The notes under the pieces are model-generated. The model ran no database searches, was not told the DNA's origin, and was given only the letters and a program-made list of their open reading frames with translations. A stretch of DNA of 64,000 nt, taken from positions 1,760,001 through 1,824,000 of the forward strand of contig OY781964.1 in the NCBI GenBank assembly GCA_963677485.1, in the 5' to 3' direction. The position numbers and the translations under genes are program-made. Every line of letters starts with the position of its first letter. Positions within the stretch are counted from its first letter, which is position 1. This document shows positions 1 to 9,674 of the stretch, piece by piece. This DNA is from Armatimonadota bacterium. GTDB lineage: Bacteria > Armatimonadota > HRBIN16.

Positions 1-463
1 GAATGTGATGTGCACGGGCCAATCTGGCCGCAGCAAGAGACATCTCCGGGTAGATATCATCAATGATGAGGGTCTGCGAGTCGGCGATTCGCGGCATACT
101 TAAGGAACTATCCCAATGCAGATTGCTGCCTGGACGATGGAAGATGGTGCGGTCACCAGATGCCTCATCGACGTGGATAAAGCTGAACGGGCTCTCCCCA
201 CCGGGTTTTTTCTGCACACCGGAGGTGTCGATACCCTCACGCTGCAGTTCTGCAGTGATTTCGTCCGCGATGGCATCTGCCCCCAGCAAGCTGAACAGAT
301 CGCATGAGGCACCCAGCCGGGCACACGCTACCAGTGCCGTGCCGATCAGCCCGCCGCCCTGTGCATGGTAACTGCTGACTAGGGCGGTATCACCCCACTC
401 CACACGCGGCGAGGACACGATATAATCCTGGCAGCAAACACCCACCCCGCAGATTCTCACCAT
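1..463 (-). CDS. PfkB-family carbohydrate kinase, 5' part (runs off the window)
   Basis: Not in the ORF track; translated by hand from ATG 463 (RBS AAGGAG): MVRICGVGVCCQDYIV...QGGGLIGTALVACARLG...SPFSFIHVDEASGDRTIF, the PfkB N-terminal pattern; frame open to position 1. Confidence 0.85.
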   Translation of the reverse strand, partial: MVRICGVGVCCQDYIVSSPRVEWGDTALVSSYHAQGGGLIGTALVACARLGASCDLFSLLGADAIADEITAELQREGIDTSGVQKKPGGESPFSFIHVDEASGDRTIFHRPGSNLHWDSSLSMPRIADSQTLIIDDIYPEMSLAAARLARAHHI

Positions 464-609
464 TTCACCCACTCCTTCTCGGCTGCTGATACTCGAAATG
501 CGATATACGGTAATATGCAGTATAGATCATCTTTTGATTGAAACACAAAGACGTTGATGAAAGAACACGCCCGAATGCACCAGGCATAAAACTCAAGGAG
601 TGATGTGGA

Positions 610-1956
610 ATGACTATCCGTCTTGCTGATGATATCTACTCGGCTTTAGCCCATGTCCCGCTGATTGATGCACACACCCATCTGGTGGATGGTGCGTTGA
701 GCGCCCGCGGGCTGCATGACATCATGCTGTATCACATGGCCATCAGTGACCTATACGCTGCCGGCTGCCCAAGCGGCGGCAGGCTGACACAATATCCCGA
801 CTGGCCCTCCGACGAGGAAGCGCACTCCAGGATCATCGAAGCTCTGCCCTGTCTGCCCCACACGCGAAACACCAGCATATCATGGGGGATTCGCACCATT
901 CTTCGTGATCTCTACGGCATAGGCTCCCCGGTCGACACCAGCAACTGGCGGTATCTCGATTCGATGATCCGTGAAAGAGCGGATGACGCCGCCTGGCACA
1001 CCGAGGTCGCGAAAAAGGCTGGGATCAAACGCTTTGGCACGGAGATCGCACGCCGCCGCACCGGCTCCGATGATGCTTTGCTAAGCTATGCGCTAGAATG
1101 GGCGTTCTTCACGCGCTGCCAATGGGGCGAATACGACACCGCGCTGTATGAGCTGGAGCGGTGCTGGGGTAAGCTCCCCGGCCCGCCAGCGCAGATAGGC
1201 GGAGGGGCACGTCCTGCGACGGAGAAGACAATCCAGAGTTTGGCCGATGTCCATTCGGCAATGGATTGGTATGTGCAGAATATTCCGGCTGACATGATCA
1301 CCTCGATGGCCACCCATATCTCCACCGATATCGCCTTATCGCCCGTAAGTGCGTCTACGATGGACGCGGCACTTTCTCAGCGGGATCACGCCGGAGCCAG
1401 TGAGCGTGATATCTACGCCTCTTACATCAATGAGCTGTTCCTCACCGCTTTAGAACGCCACCATAAGCAGCATCTGGTGTTCCAGTTCAGTCTGGGTGCG
1501 GAGCCGCTGCCGTATGAAACAGGCAGCCGCCTCTCTCAAAACACCATCGCCCAGCTTGCGGAGATGATCAGCCGGCACCCGAATATTCACTTCCAGTGTT
1601 TCCTGTCCAGCCTTCACGCCAACCAGTCGCTCTGCACCCTTTGCCGCGAGCTGCCTAACCTGTCACTGGCCGGTTATTGGTGGCACAACTTCTTCCCATC
1701 CAGCATCCGGCAGGTGATGTCCGAGCGTCTGGACATGCTGCCGGTGAATAAGCAAATCGGCTTCTTCTCGGACGCCTACTGCGTGGAGTGGGCATACGCC
1801 AAGGCGGTGATCGTGCGCAAGCAACTGGCGACCGTGCTGACGCAGAAGATCGAGGATGGGCAATACGACCGAGATGAGGCACTGGGCATCGCCAGAGACA
1901 TCCTGTTCGAGTCACCTCAGCAACTCAACCACATCACGCCATCAAGCATACTGTAA
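610..1956 (+). CDS. Amidohydrolase-superfamily protein, uronate isomerase-like
   Basis: IDAHTH metal motif; C-terminal GYWWH...ERLDMLP..K.IGFFSDAY resembles UxaC-like enzymes; RBS AAGGAG. Confidence 0.7.
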   Translation: MTIRLADDIYSALAHVPLIDAHTHLVDGALSARGLHDIMLYHMAISDLYAAGCPSGGRLTQYPDWPSDEEAHSRIIEALPCLPHTRNTSISWGIRTILRDLYGIGSPVDTSNWRYLDSMIRERADDAAWHTEVAKKAGIKRFGTEIARRRTGSDDALLSYALEWAFFTRCQWGEYDTALYELERCWGKLPGPPAQIGGGARPATEKTIQSLADVHSAMDWYVQNIPADMITSMATHISTDIALSPVSASTMDAALSQRDHAGASERDIYASYINELFLTALERHHKQHLVFQFSLGAEPLPYETGSRLSQNTIAQLAEMISRHPNIHFQCFLSSLHANQSLCTLCRELPNLSLAGYWWHNFFPSSIRQVMSERLDMLPVNKQIGFFSDAYCVEWAYAKAVIVRKQLATVLTQKIEDGQYDRDEALGIARDILFESPQQLNHITPSSIL

Positions 1957-1982
1957 GGAATGACAGCACAAAGGAGCTCTTT

Positions 1983-2840
1983 TTGGAACTGATAGGTTTG
2001 GATCGAATGTTAAGGGAAGCCCAGTCGAAGCACTACGCGGTAGGGGCCTTCAACTACTGCAATGCGGAGACGGCTCAAGCCATCGCGCAAACCGGATGTG
2101 AGCTGCGCTCTCCGGTGATTTATATCATCGGGCCCATCGAATACCCGCTGATGGGTGCCAAAATGATGGTTGACATCGTGAAGCTGGTCGCCGCCGATTG
2201 CGATGTGCCGGTCTGCCTGCACCTCGACCATGCGACCAGCATTGACCAAGTGCGCGAGTGCATCGAGGCCGGGTTTCCCTCCGTGATGATGGACGCCTCT
2301 CAGTATGACTTTGAGGAGAATATTCGGCTGACCAAAATGGTGGTCGAGATGGCGCACGCCAAAGGCATCACTGTAGAGGGCGAGCTGGGAGCTGTGGGCA
2401 AGGTCGATGACGCCACAGTAGAGGGGCAGGAGAATGCCTCGCTGACCCTACCGCACAAGGCGGCTGAGTTCGTAGAACGGACCGGCATCGACGCGTTGGC
2501 GATCTCCATCGGGAACGCACACGGTCTATACAAACAGAGCCCAGTGCTGGATTTTGAACGTCTGCAGGCAGTTCGCGATGCCACCGATGTGCCGCTGGTG
2601 CTTCATGGCGGATCGGGCACACCTGTGGACCAGCTTCACCGCGCCATCGATATCGGCATCAGTAAGGTGAATGTGGCCAGCGAGCTGGGGCGGGCCTTCC
2701 TTGATGCGATCGATAACTTCAACCGCACCAAGCGCTCCAAAGAGTGGTATGCGCTCTCATTGGTGGATGCCAAGCAGGCTGTGGCGCAGGTCGTGGCCCG
2801 CTGGATGCGCGAGCTGGGCAGCACCGGCCGGATTAGCTGA
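1983..2840 (+). CDS. Class II fructose/tagatose-bisphosphate aldolase
   Basis: YAVGAFN, LHLDH, SVMMDAS, VEGELG, GNAHGLY, LVLHGGSG and KVNVASE motifs. Confidence 0.93.
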   Translation: MELIGLDRMLREAQSKHYAVGAFNYCNAETAQAIAQTGCELRSPVIYIIGPIEYPLMGAKMMVDIVKLVAADCDVPVCLHLDHATSIDQVRECIEAGFPSVMMDASQYDFEENIRLTKMVVEMAHAKGITVEGELGAVGKVDDATVEGQENASLTLPHKAAEFVERTGIDALAISIGNAHGLYKQSPVLDFERLQAVRDATDVPLVLHGGSGTPVDQLHRAIDIGISKVNVASELGRAFLDAIDNFNRTKRSKEWYALSLVDAKQAVAQVVARWMRELGSTGRIS

Positions 2841-2857
2841 GGCAAGGTGATCTTCTA

Positions 2858-3239
2858 TTGCAGCCAACCGTTGCCTATGTCCGGGGCGGTCTGTGCGTAG
2901 GCTAGCGGATGCAGAAGGCTCGAGACCGCGCCGGTCTGGCGGTTAGCCATATAGGATTGGTGTCGGGAACAAGCACCCGCCCGTGCATGCACGGCAACCC
3001 AGGCTGTAACTGATGCGTCACACTGAGGCCACAGGTGATATGCGAATGGCTGTTCGCCTCTGTTGCAGCCAACCATTGCCTATGTCCGGGGCGGTCTGTG
3101 CGTAGGCTAGCGGATGCAGAAGGCTTGAGACCGCGCCGGTCTGGCGGTTAGCCATATAAGATTGGTGTCGGGAATAAGACCGGCGCGGTCTATAGACAGT
3201 GGCCGCTGCAGGCGTACTGACAGACCGCCCCGGACATAG
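2858..3239. repeat. Duplicated REP/MITE-like palindromic element
   Basis: 116-bp near-identical direct repeat (2858-2973 and 3063-3178). The second copy has a perfect 20-bp IR (3080-3099/3220-3239) enclosing a perfect 15-bp IR (3128-3142/3177-3191). Confidence 0.85.
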
Positions 3240-3330
3240 CCAATCACGTAACTTACAAGCAGATCACCGATTCGTGCCATCTGGGCAGCGCGTATGCTCT
3301 CCGTAAACCCCTAGAAATACCCTAGACCGT

Positions 3331-5430
3331 CTAGCTTAGTAAACACTTGCCGGTGGCGACATTAAAGATGACCGTGCTGCAGGGCGCCATGGTGATGTGG
3401 AGCTCACGGCCATCCCGAAGCTTCAGCTTACGCTGACCACCGTCGGCACTGTGCAGGCAGAGCGACTGGTTGTCGACCAACAGAACATCACCGGACTCAT
3501 CGTAGATATGGGCACCAGCCTGCTTGAATAATCCCCGCATCAAACCGGCACCACGCATTGGAAGCGCACTATAGATGGTGGTATACCCCGGGTACACCCG
3601 CCGGGCCAACCCCACCACTCCGTCTGTGGCGTAATGCCCCAATGGCTCCGCAGACGAATCGTTCAGCCTGAACAGCGGCTCCACATGCTTCGCGACACCA
3701 AATGGCTGGTGTCCGCCGACGGGTATGATCTCCGGTGGGTTTGAACACGAGTGCTCACTCAGAGTCATGCCGGTGATCTCAGACACCATGGCCGCGTCGT
3801 GCAGCCTTTGGCCATCCGAATACCCTGGGGCGTAGAACCAGATCACCGTTCGTTGAGCCTGGCACACCTCCTTCTTGATGTATCTGCGCTGCCGCTGGTT
3901 CATCTGGAAGCAGTTGGCAAATATCACCACGCGGTACTGGTTCAGGTCGGCCTTTTCCAGGTCGTGCAGGAACAGCTTATCGATGGCAGCACCGGTGTGG
4001 TAGGCATCGGCGGAGCTAAGGTCGACCGCGGGGTATGAGATGGGGTCATTGGGGCTATGCGAGGTGGCCAGCCCGTAGAAGCACTCCAGATCATACACAA
4101 ATAACACATCGGCCACCGACTTATATGGGCCTTTGGCCACACGGTCGTAGATGCGCTTCATTTTGGCCTGGTCCGCCTGTATCTCCGGGTGATCCCACCA
4201 TCCACCCGCACCGTCCGGACCGAAGTCATACCACCACAAGCCCGTTCCATGCGTCAGCACATAGCCGAAATTGCGGCGATGCAGCGCGATCGTCTGCTGC
4301 ATGTTGGCGGGTATCTTGGGCGGTTCGCGCTTGAAGGCGTCCCCCAGGTGGGAGGCGTGGTCGGTTTCACTCAGCCAGAGCTTGCCATGCAGCCGCAGGC
4401 TGTCTTCAAGCCCGCGCAACTGGCCTGTGCCGCCCACCGCACGCGCGGAATCTTCGTATGACAGCGGTCCGCTGAGGTAGTCCACATCGGGGCTTTTGAG
4501 CAGTGCCGGTAGCTCCATATGACCGCCATCCACCATCCCCATCTCCACCATGCAGTGGAAATAGCCGTAGAACAGCCCCACCACGCAGGGTCGCGGCCAG
4601 GCCGTTTTGATGGTGTGGCAAAACATCAGAATCGCCTCAAGGGTGCAGAGCTGCTGATATTTGTAGTAGTCCATCACCCTGCGCTCCAGCAGAGGGTCGC
4701 GAAACACCCCGCGGCTGGTGTACTGACGCTCAGCCGAAGTGGGCAGCACCGCTGTCTTCAGGCTGGCCGTCGGGTTGTTCCAGGCCTTCCGCAATGCGGA
4801 GTCGGTGCGGTAAGTTTTCGTCAGCCACTTACGCCAGTATCTGGTCATACAGGCCCCGCTGTCTGGTTCCAGCCAGAACTTCCAGTAGTGCCATTCGCCG
4901 TAGAGCGCACCCGCCAGGTGCATGCCGATCACCTGCTGTCCTTCAGGCAGGCGGGCCAGCTCGGTGCAGAAGTGCCGCAGCATATCATCGGCTTCGCTGC
5001 GCCACTGCTCCGATGCCAGACATGGCTCGTAAGGCGCGTATTTGTCGCCCTCTTCGTCGCGGATGTTATACCCCACGCATTCGGTGGGGTGCTTCAACAT
5101 CCACCACGCCGGAGGATCGACATGGATGCGGATAAACACCGCCGCATCGGCACAGACGCTGTAGACCCCCTGCAACTGCTTTCGGATGGTGGGCCAGTCG
5201 AGCTGGTTGGCCTCCAGCCAGACGTCCCGGAACCAGATGTCGATTTGGTAGAGCTTGTATCCCAGCTTTGCGAACAACTCTAGGTTGTGCCTGGGCGTCT
5301 CCTCCCAGGTGAAGCGGCCGCCCTCGGTGAGTGCGTAGATGATGGGCGGCACCGGCTGGTTGTTGATGAGTAGTCCCAGACGGCCATTGGCCTCCGCCAC
5401 GCGGGCCGAATAGGGTTTGGTGAATTCCAT
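3331..5430 (-). CDS. Beta-galactosidase-like (GH-A clan) glycoside hydrolase
   Basis: GMHLAGALYGEW, WLSETD and WWYDFG motifs; trimerisation-like C-terminal half; start taken at MEFTKP (RBS GAGGAGG). Confidence 0.6.
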   Translation of the reverse strand: MEFTKPYSARVAEANGRLGLLINNQPVPPIIYALTEGGRFTWEETPRHNLELFAKLGYKLYQIDIWFRDVWLEANQLDWPTIRKQLQGVYSVCADAAVFIRIHVDPPAWWMLKHPTECVGYNIRDEEGDKYAPYEPCLASEQWRSEADDMLRHFCTELARLPEGQQVIGMHLAGALYGEWHYWKFWLEPDSGACMTRYWRKWLTKTYRTDSALRKAWNNPTASLKTAVLPTSAERQYTSRGVFRDPLLERRVMDYYKYQQLCTLEAILMFCHTIKTAWPRPCVVGLFYGYFHCMVEMGMVDGGHMELPALLKSPDVDYLSGPLSYEDSARAVGGTGQLRGLEDSLRLHGKLWLSETDHASHLGDAFKREPPKIPANMQQTIALHRRNFGYVLTHGTGLWWYDFGPDGAGGWWDHPEIQADQAKMKRIYDRVAKGPYKSVADVLFVYDLECFYGLATSHSPNDPISYPAVDLSSADAYHTGAAIDKLFLHDLEKADLNQYRVVIFANCFQMNQRQRRYIKKEVCQAQRTVIWFYAPGYSDGQRLHDAAMVSEITGMTLSEHSCSNPPEIIPVGGHQPFGVAKHVEPLFRLNDSSAEPLGHYATDGVVGLARRVYPGYTTIYSALPMRGAGLMRGLFKQAGAHIYDESGDVLLVDNQSLCLHSADGGQRKLKLRDGRELHITMAPCSTVIFNVATGKCLLS

Positions 5431-5494
5431 GCAGGGGGCCTCCTCGATGATACACGATATGCTTAACGAGTCATTCGAGCCGGTAACCGGCGGC

Positions 5495-5812
5495 TCAGGG
5501 AGATACTCTAGATGGCACTTTGACAAAAGACATGACCACGAATACAAATAAACCTAGAAATCCGACCACCAGTGCTATGATCAGCCTCAAGATTGCTGCC
5601 CACCATTGCTTCTTTAGCAGGCACCGGATGGCAAACACGAACAACGCAATCGTCGATACAAACTGGACCAGCCCCAGAAGAAGACCAACTAATGATTGCA
5701 GTATGTTTAGATTGCTGTCCCACAGCGAAACCCATGTCACCATGGCGACGACTGGTACCAATACCTGCACCCAAAGCTTTTGTAGATACAGATTAAGCAC
5801 TTTCCGGATCAT
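5495..5812 (-). CDS. Small membrane protein (about 3 TM), unknown function
   Basis: 105-aa hydrophobic ORF with RBS GAGGTG. Confidence 0.6.
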   Translation of the reverse strand: MIRKVLNLYLQKLWVQVLVPVVAMVTWVSLWDSNLNILQSLVGLLLGLVQFVSTIALFVFAIRCLLKKQWWAAILRLIIALVVGFLGLFVFVVMSFVKVPSRVSP

Positions 5813-5956
5813 GGCTATGTCACCTCGTTTTCATCGCAGCTATGTATAGCTTATACGACGATGCCACCGGCGGTCGTTTCGCAGTTGGCGGTGGAGGATG
5901 TAAATCCGGCAGATCAGGTCGATCCGTCGGATGTCACTCACACGCCTCAAGCAGAT

Positions 5957-6886
5957 TTAATACGGGCTGGGCTTGCCTAACACCTGCTCGCAGTAACGCC
6001 GGTAGAGGTTGGCCGCCCCAGGCACCGAGCTAAAGGGGCTCATGAAGGCGCTAAAAGTGAAGGTGATCTGCTTGGTGACATACGGCTCCGCCATGCGCAT
6101 ACGGCGGGTGAGCACCCGGATGTCGCGCGGCGGGAAGTGGTAGCTCATATGCCGGTCGAACGCCTCAAGATTCCCCCACACTTCGATCTTGAACTCCTCA
6201 CCCAGTTTCTTAACTTGCTCAATGTAACTCACATACTCGCTGCGAGGGGTGGTGCCGTCTTGGAACGCCATGATGTCGATCAAGCCAGTGGTGCCCTTCA
6301 GCAGCTCACGCCAGGAATACGCGAACTCCTCGGGGGGTAAATAGGCGTCCACGCCGATGATCTTGCCAGGGAAGTAGGGTGATATCAACACAGGACGCTG
6401 GCTGTTGTTCCGCTTGCAATAACTTGCCATCTCGCGGAACAGCTTGTTCCAGCCGGGTTTATTGCTGTGCGCTTCATGGCAGATATACCAGCCGTAGAAC
6501 GCCTGATGGCCCCCATACCGCTCCAGCACCTCATCCACAAACTGCTTGCCCAGCGCGATTTCTGCATCGATCATCCGTTCGCCGCCGTTGTAGATGCGGC
6601 CGCTGTCATACGTGCCGAAGAAGAGCTTCATACCCCTCTCCGCGGCCTCGTCAAGGAACAACTGTGCGAGGTCAGGGTCATACTGGTTGCCCACCACTTT
6701 GCTGGGGAACACCGCGAGGTCTTCGAGGCCGCCCCGGATGATCACCAGCGTGTCGATGCCGATGTAGGCCATCGCATCGAACTCACGGCGCCAGTCATCC
6801 TTGCCGTAGTTCAGACTGCCGATATCGAAGGTAATTTCGTCTATGAATGTGCCGGTGATGCGGCCTACATTTCCACTGTCATGCAT
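5957..6886 (-). CDS. DUF4434-like glycoside hydrolase (TIM barrel)
   Basis: ITGTFIDEI...W..EF.AM..IGIDTLVI, FYGWYICHE, AFQDG and W.NLEAF pattern. Confidence 0.7.
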   Translation of the reverse strand: MHDSGNVGRITGTFIDEITFDIGSLNYGKDDWRREFDAMAYIGIDTLVIIRGGLEDLAVFPSKVVGNQYDPDLAQLFLDEAAERGMKLFFGTYDSGRIYNGGERMIDAEIALGKQFVDEVLERYGGHQAFYGWYICHEAHSNKPGWNKLFREMASYCKRNNSQRPVLISPYFPGKIIGVDAYLPPEEFAYSWRELLKGTTGLIDIMAFQDGTTPRSEYVSYIEQVKKLGEEFKIEVWGNLEAFDRHMSYHFPPRDIRVLTRRMRMAEPYVTKQITFTFSAFMSPFSSVPGAANLYRRYCEQVLGKPSPY

Positions 6887-6903
6887 TGCTATGCCCTCTT
6901 ATT

Positions 6904-9396
6904 CTATTTGGTGATCCGCAGCCACACGGGTTTGCAGATGCCGCCTTTGCCCGTGGTATTCACCACTTTCACGCTCAAGCTGTTGCTCTGACCCCAGCGT
7001 AGGCTGTCGGTCACATCCACCTCAAACGCCTCTTGCCAGGACATAGTGTTGCCCTGGTAGGGGTAAGGACGGTCGATTAACAGCTTGCCGTTCAGCCAGA
7101 TGGTGCAAGCCTCATCGACTGCGCCAAATATCAGTGCTGCCTTTGTTCCGCTCTGTTTGGCAGGCGCCGCCAGCTCGGTGCGATACCAGCCGAGTCCGGT
7201 ATACGCCAAACCTTGGTGATCCTCCACCCATTTCTTGCCTTCGGGCTGATCATCCCAGGGGGCATCGACGCGCATCTTGAGCCATGCGGTGGTGTCGAGT
7301 GTTTCGTTGCTGTATCCCATCGATTCGCCGGTGCGGTCCTGATCCCAGGCAAACGCCCAGGTGTCAGCCAGTGGCTGCATCTCCCCGTAGTAGAGCCGTG
7401 CAAACTGCCGAGGCCAAGTTTCGCTTTCACTCCAGACCAGGAACCCCATGCTGGCCACATACTGGGTGTCCACTTTGGCGCGAGCGGTGTCCAGCGTGTT
7501 CAGTGCCTTGCCAAACGGCAGGATGTCGTTGGTCTTTTTGTAGTTTTCAAACGCGTCTTGCGCCTTCAGTGCCAGATCAGCCTGCTGCAAGCCTATCTGC
7601 AGGAATTGCGCCCGCTGCAGTGCCAGAGGGTCTGACGCGGCCGCTTTCAAGATGCCGCCCATCATCGCCTGAGCCTTCAGCATGATCTCCGGGGTGAAGA
7701 TCACACGGGCCACGCGGTTGAACCTGGCCCAGTCACCGCCGGTTTCCGAACAGGCCTTCTTGTAGGCCTTCACATCCAGGTTCAAGCTTACCTGCTCCAG
7801 GTAGTCAAGGTAACGCCTGACTTGCGCACTGGCCGGGCCGAACGCATGGCAATACTCCTTGACGATGGCGTCGTAGCGCATCTTGGGATTGTTCTGCAGG
7901 CGCGCCAGCGCATACATATTGATACCCTGCGCTGCATACTGGCCGATCAGCGAGTCGAAGTCGGTGGCGACCAGGCCGCGTTCCGCCGCGTAGTTGAACT
8001 CGTCGGTCATCTGCCGCGCATAGTTGATGGGCATACCCTGACCTTCCAGCGTGTAGTTTGGTCGGAGCATCAGTCGGCAGCCGGTTTGCGCCCAGCCATC
8101 CCACTGCTTGCGGAAGTCGTCGCTGTCCTCTTTCGTCCAGGGGAACACGTGGTTGGGCACGATGCCGATGATCACATGCGGGTCCAGTTTGGTTTTATAG
8201 GGCGGCTTCCAGTAGTTGGCGTAGGCGAAGCCCATCACGCAGGCCTCGGGGTCTACTTTTTGCGCCTCTGCCAGCACGGTCATGTAGAACCGGGCGTATC
8301 GGTCGCTCACGCTGCCCAGCTCGGTGCTCCATCCCGTCCAGTCGGGCTTCATCTGTGCAGTAAAGGCCCTTTTGGCCCTCTCCAGCCTATCGGTAAACAG
8401 CTCAGGATGTTCGGGGTCGGGCACGTCCCAGGCCAGGCAGTTGGGGCAGCAGCATTTACCGGGTGTGTCGTTCTCGCTGATATCCACATTCGGCACCTCT
8501 GCACTGCGAGTTGCCTTCCAGCGGGTGATGATCTCCTGGGTGAGCTGGGGGTTGCTGACACACATCGAGGTCAACTCGGGCGTGCTGTAATATGAGGGGT
8601 CAGGACGGCGGGTGCCGTCGGGCAACTGCGCGAAGAGATCCGGCCGAGTGGCCCCCAGCTCATTCCACCAAGTGGTGAAGGAGTGGTGGATGTCCATATT
8701 CACGCCCATCGCAACCCGGTTGCGGCGCTGCCAGATGGACTGCTGCCGCCGGAAGTCGATGCCTACCTCGGCTGTGCTCCAGGCGTTTGAGGCCCCGTGG
8801 TACGGTCCGGAGTCACGCAGGCGGGTATGGACCAGCGGCGGGTTCCAGCTTTGGCTCCAGGTGCCGATCTGCAGGCTTCTCCTCTGTGGCACCACCGTGC
8901 CAAGATCGCCCGGCCACAGCCACAGAGCACCTAGCCGCTTTTCGCAGAACTCATACACCGCGAACAGGCTGCCCATGCGTGTCCAGCAGTCCTGGGTCAA
9001 ACCGTAGGGGTCCATGATATCGTCAGCGCTGTCATTCCCCACCATGAGCAGTTTGTTGTCTAGCCGCTTGATGACGAAGCCGTTTGGTGCCTGCTTCTGT
9101 CCGTCCAAACCCGCCAGCTTCGCTGCGAGGCTCGCCCCGATGATGATCTGGGCCCTTTCGGGTAGGGCGTTGCCTTCGGTCGATATCGGCAGCGTGGCCC
9201 CGGTGGCTTTTTTGATGTGGTACTGCAGCTCCTGCGCGGCAAACTGCTCCACTTTCAGGGTGTTGGCAGGCACGACGATCGTAGCCTGCGCCACGCCGTC
9301 GCGCACCAGTACCAGCGGTTGGTCTTTAGCTGCCTGTGAGCTCATGGCTATGGCGCTCAGCAGCACACAGCCCAGGGATACGCCTCGGAATGACAT
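6904..9396 (-). CDS. Secreted DUF4838-type protein with C-terminal GH2-like sugar-binding domain
   Basis: Signal peptide; AAQELQYHIKKATGATLPI, FAVYEF.E..LG..WLWPG, MCVSNP; C-terminal YTGLGWYR..FGAVDE...WLNGK...GGI.KPV. Confidence 0.7.
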   Translation of the reverse strand: MSFRGVSLGCVLLSAIAMSSQAAKDQPLVLVRDGVAQATIVVPANTLKVEQFAAQELQYHIKKATGATLPISTEGNALPERAQIIIGASLAAKLAGLDGQKQAPNGFVIKRLDNKLLMVGNDSADDIMDPYGLTQDCWTRMGSLFAVYEFCEKRLGALWLWPGDLGTVVPQRRSLQIGTWSQSWNPPLVHTRLRDSGPYHGASNAWSTAEVGIDFRRQQSIWQRRNRVAMGVNMDIHHSFTTWWNELGATRPDLFAQLPDGTRRPDPSYYSTPELTSMCVSNPQLTQEIITRWKATRSAEVPNVDISENDTPGKCCCPNCLAWDVPDPEHPELFTDRLERAKRAFTAQMKPDWTGWSTELGSVSDRYARFYMTVLAEAQKVDPEACVMGFAYANYWKPPYKTKLDPHVIIGIVPNHVFPWTKEDSDDFRKQWDGWAQTGCRLMLRPNYTLEGQGMPINYARQMTDEFNYAAERGLVATDFDSLIGQYAAQGINMYALARLQNNPKMRYDAIVKEYCHAFGPASAQVRRYLDYLEQVSLNLDVKAYKKACSETGGDWARFNRVARVIFTPEIMLKAQAMMGGILKAAASDPLALQRAQFLQIGLQQADLALKAQDAFENYKKTNDILPFGKALNTLDTARAKVDTQYVASMGFLVWSESETWPRQFARLYYGEMQPLADTWAFAWDQDRTGESMGYSNETLDTTAWLKMRVDAPWDDQPEGKKWVEDHQGLAYTGLGWYRTELAAPAKQSGTKAALIFGAVDEACTIWLNGKLLIDRPYPYQGNTMSWQEAFEVDVTDSLRWGQSNSLSVKVVNTTGKGGICKPVWLRITK

Positions 9397-9674
9397 TAGA
9401 TTGGCCTCCGGAATGATGGATGCCATACCATTCGCCATCTTCAGGGTGATTCCCTGCGTGGGGGGAGGTTTGGCTCACGCGAAGGCGCGAAGGCGCGAAG
9501 GGTTGTCTCCGGGGCGGTCTGGCGGGTAGGGGGCGGGTTTCCCGATCCACACCAAGGGTTCAGGCATGCATGTGTTGTGTCGCGTCGGTTGTCAAAACTG
9601 CCGATTCGACGGATGGGACGAATCGGACCGATGGTCTGGCGTGGGGTGAACGATGTTCGCCCCCACCTCAGCCG

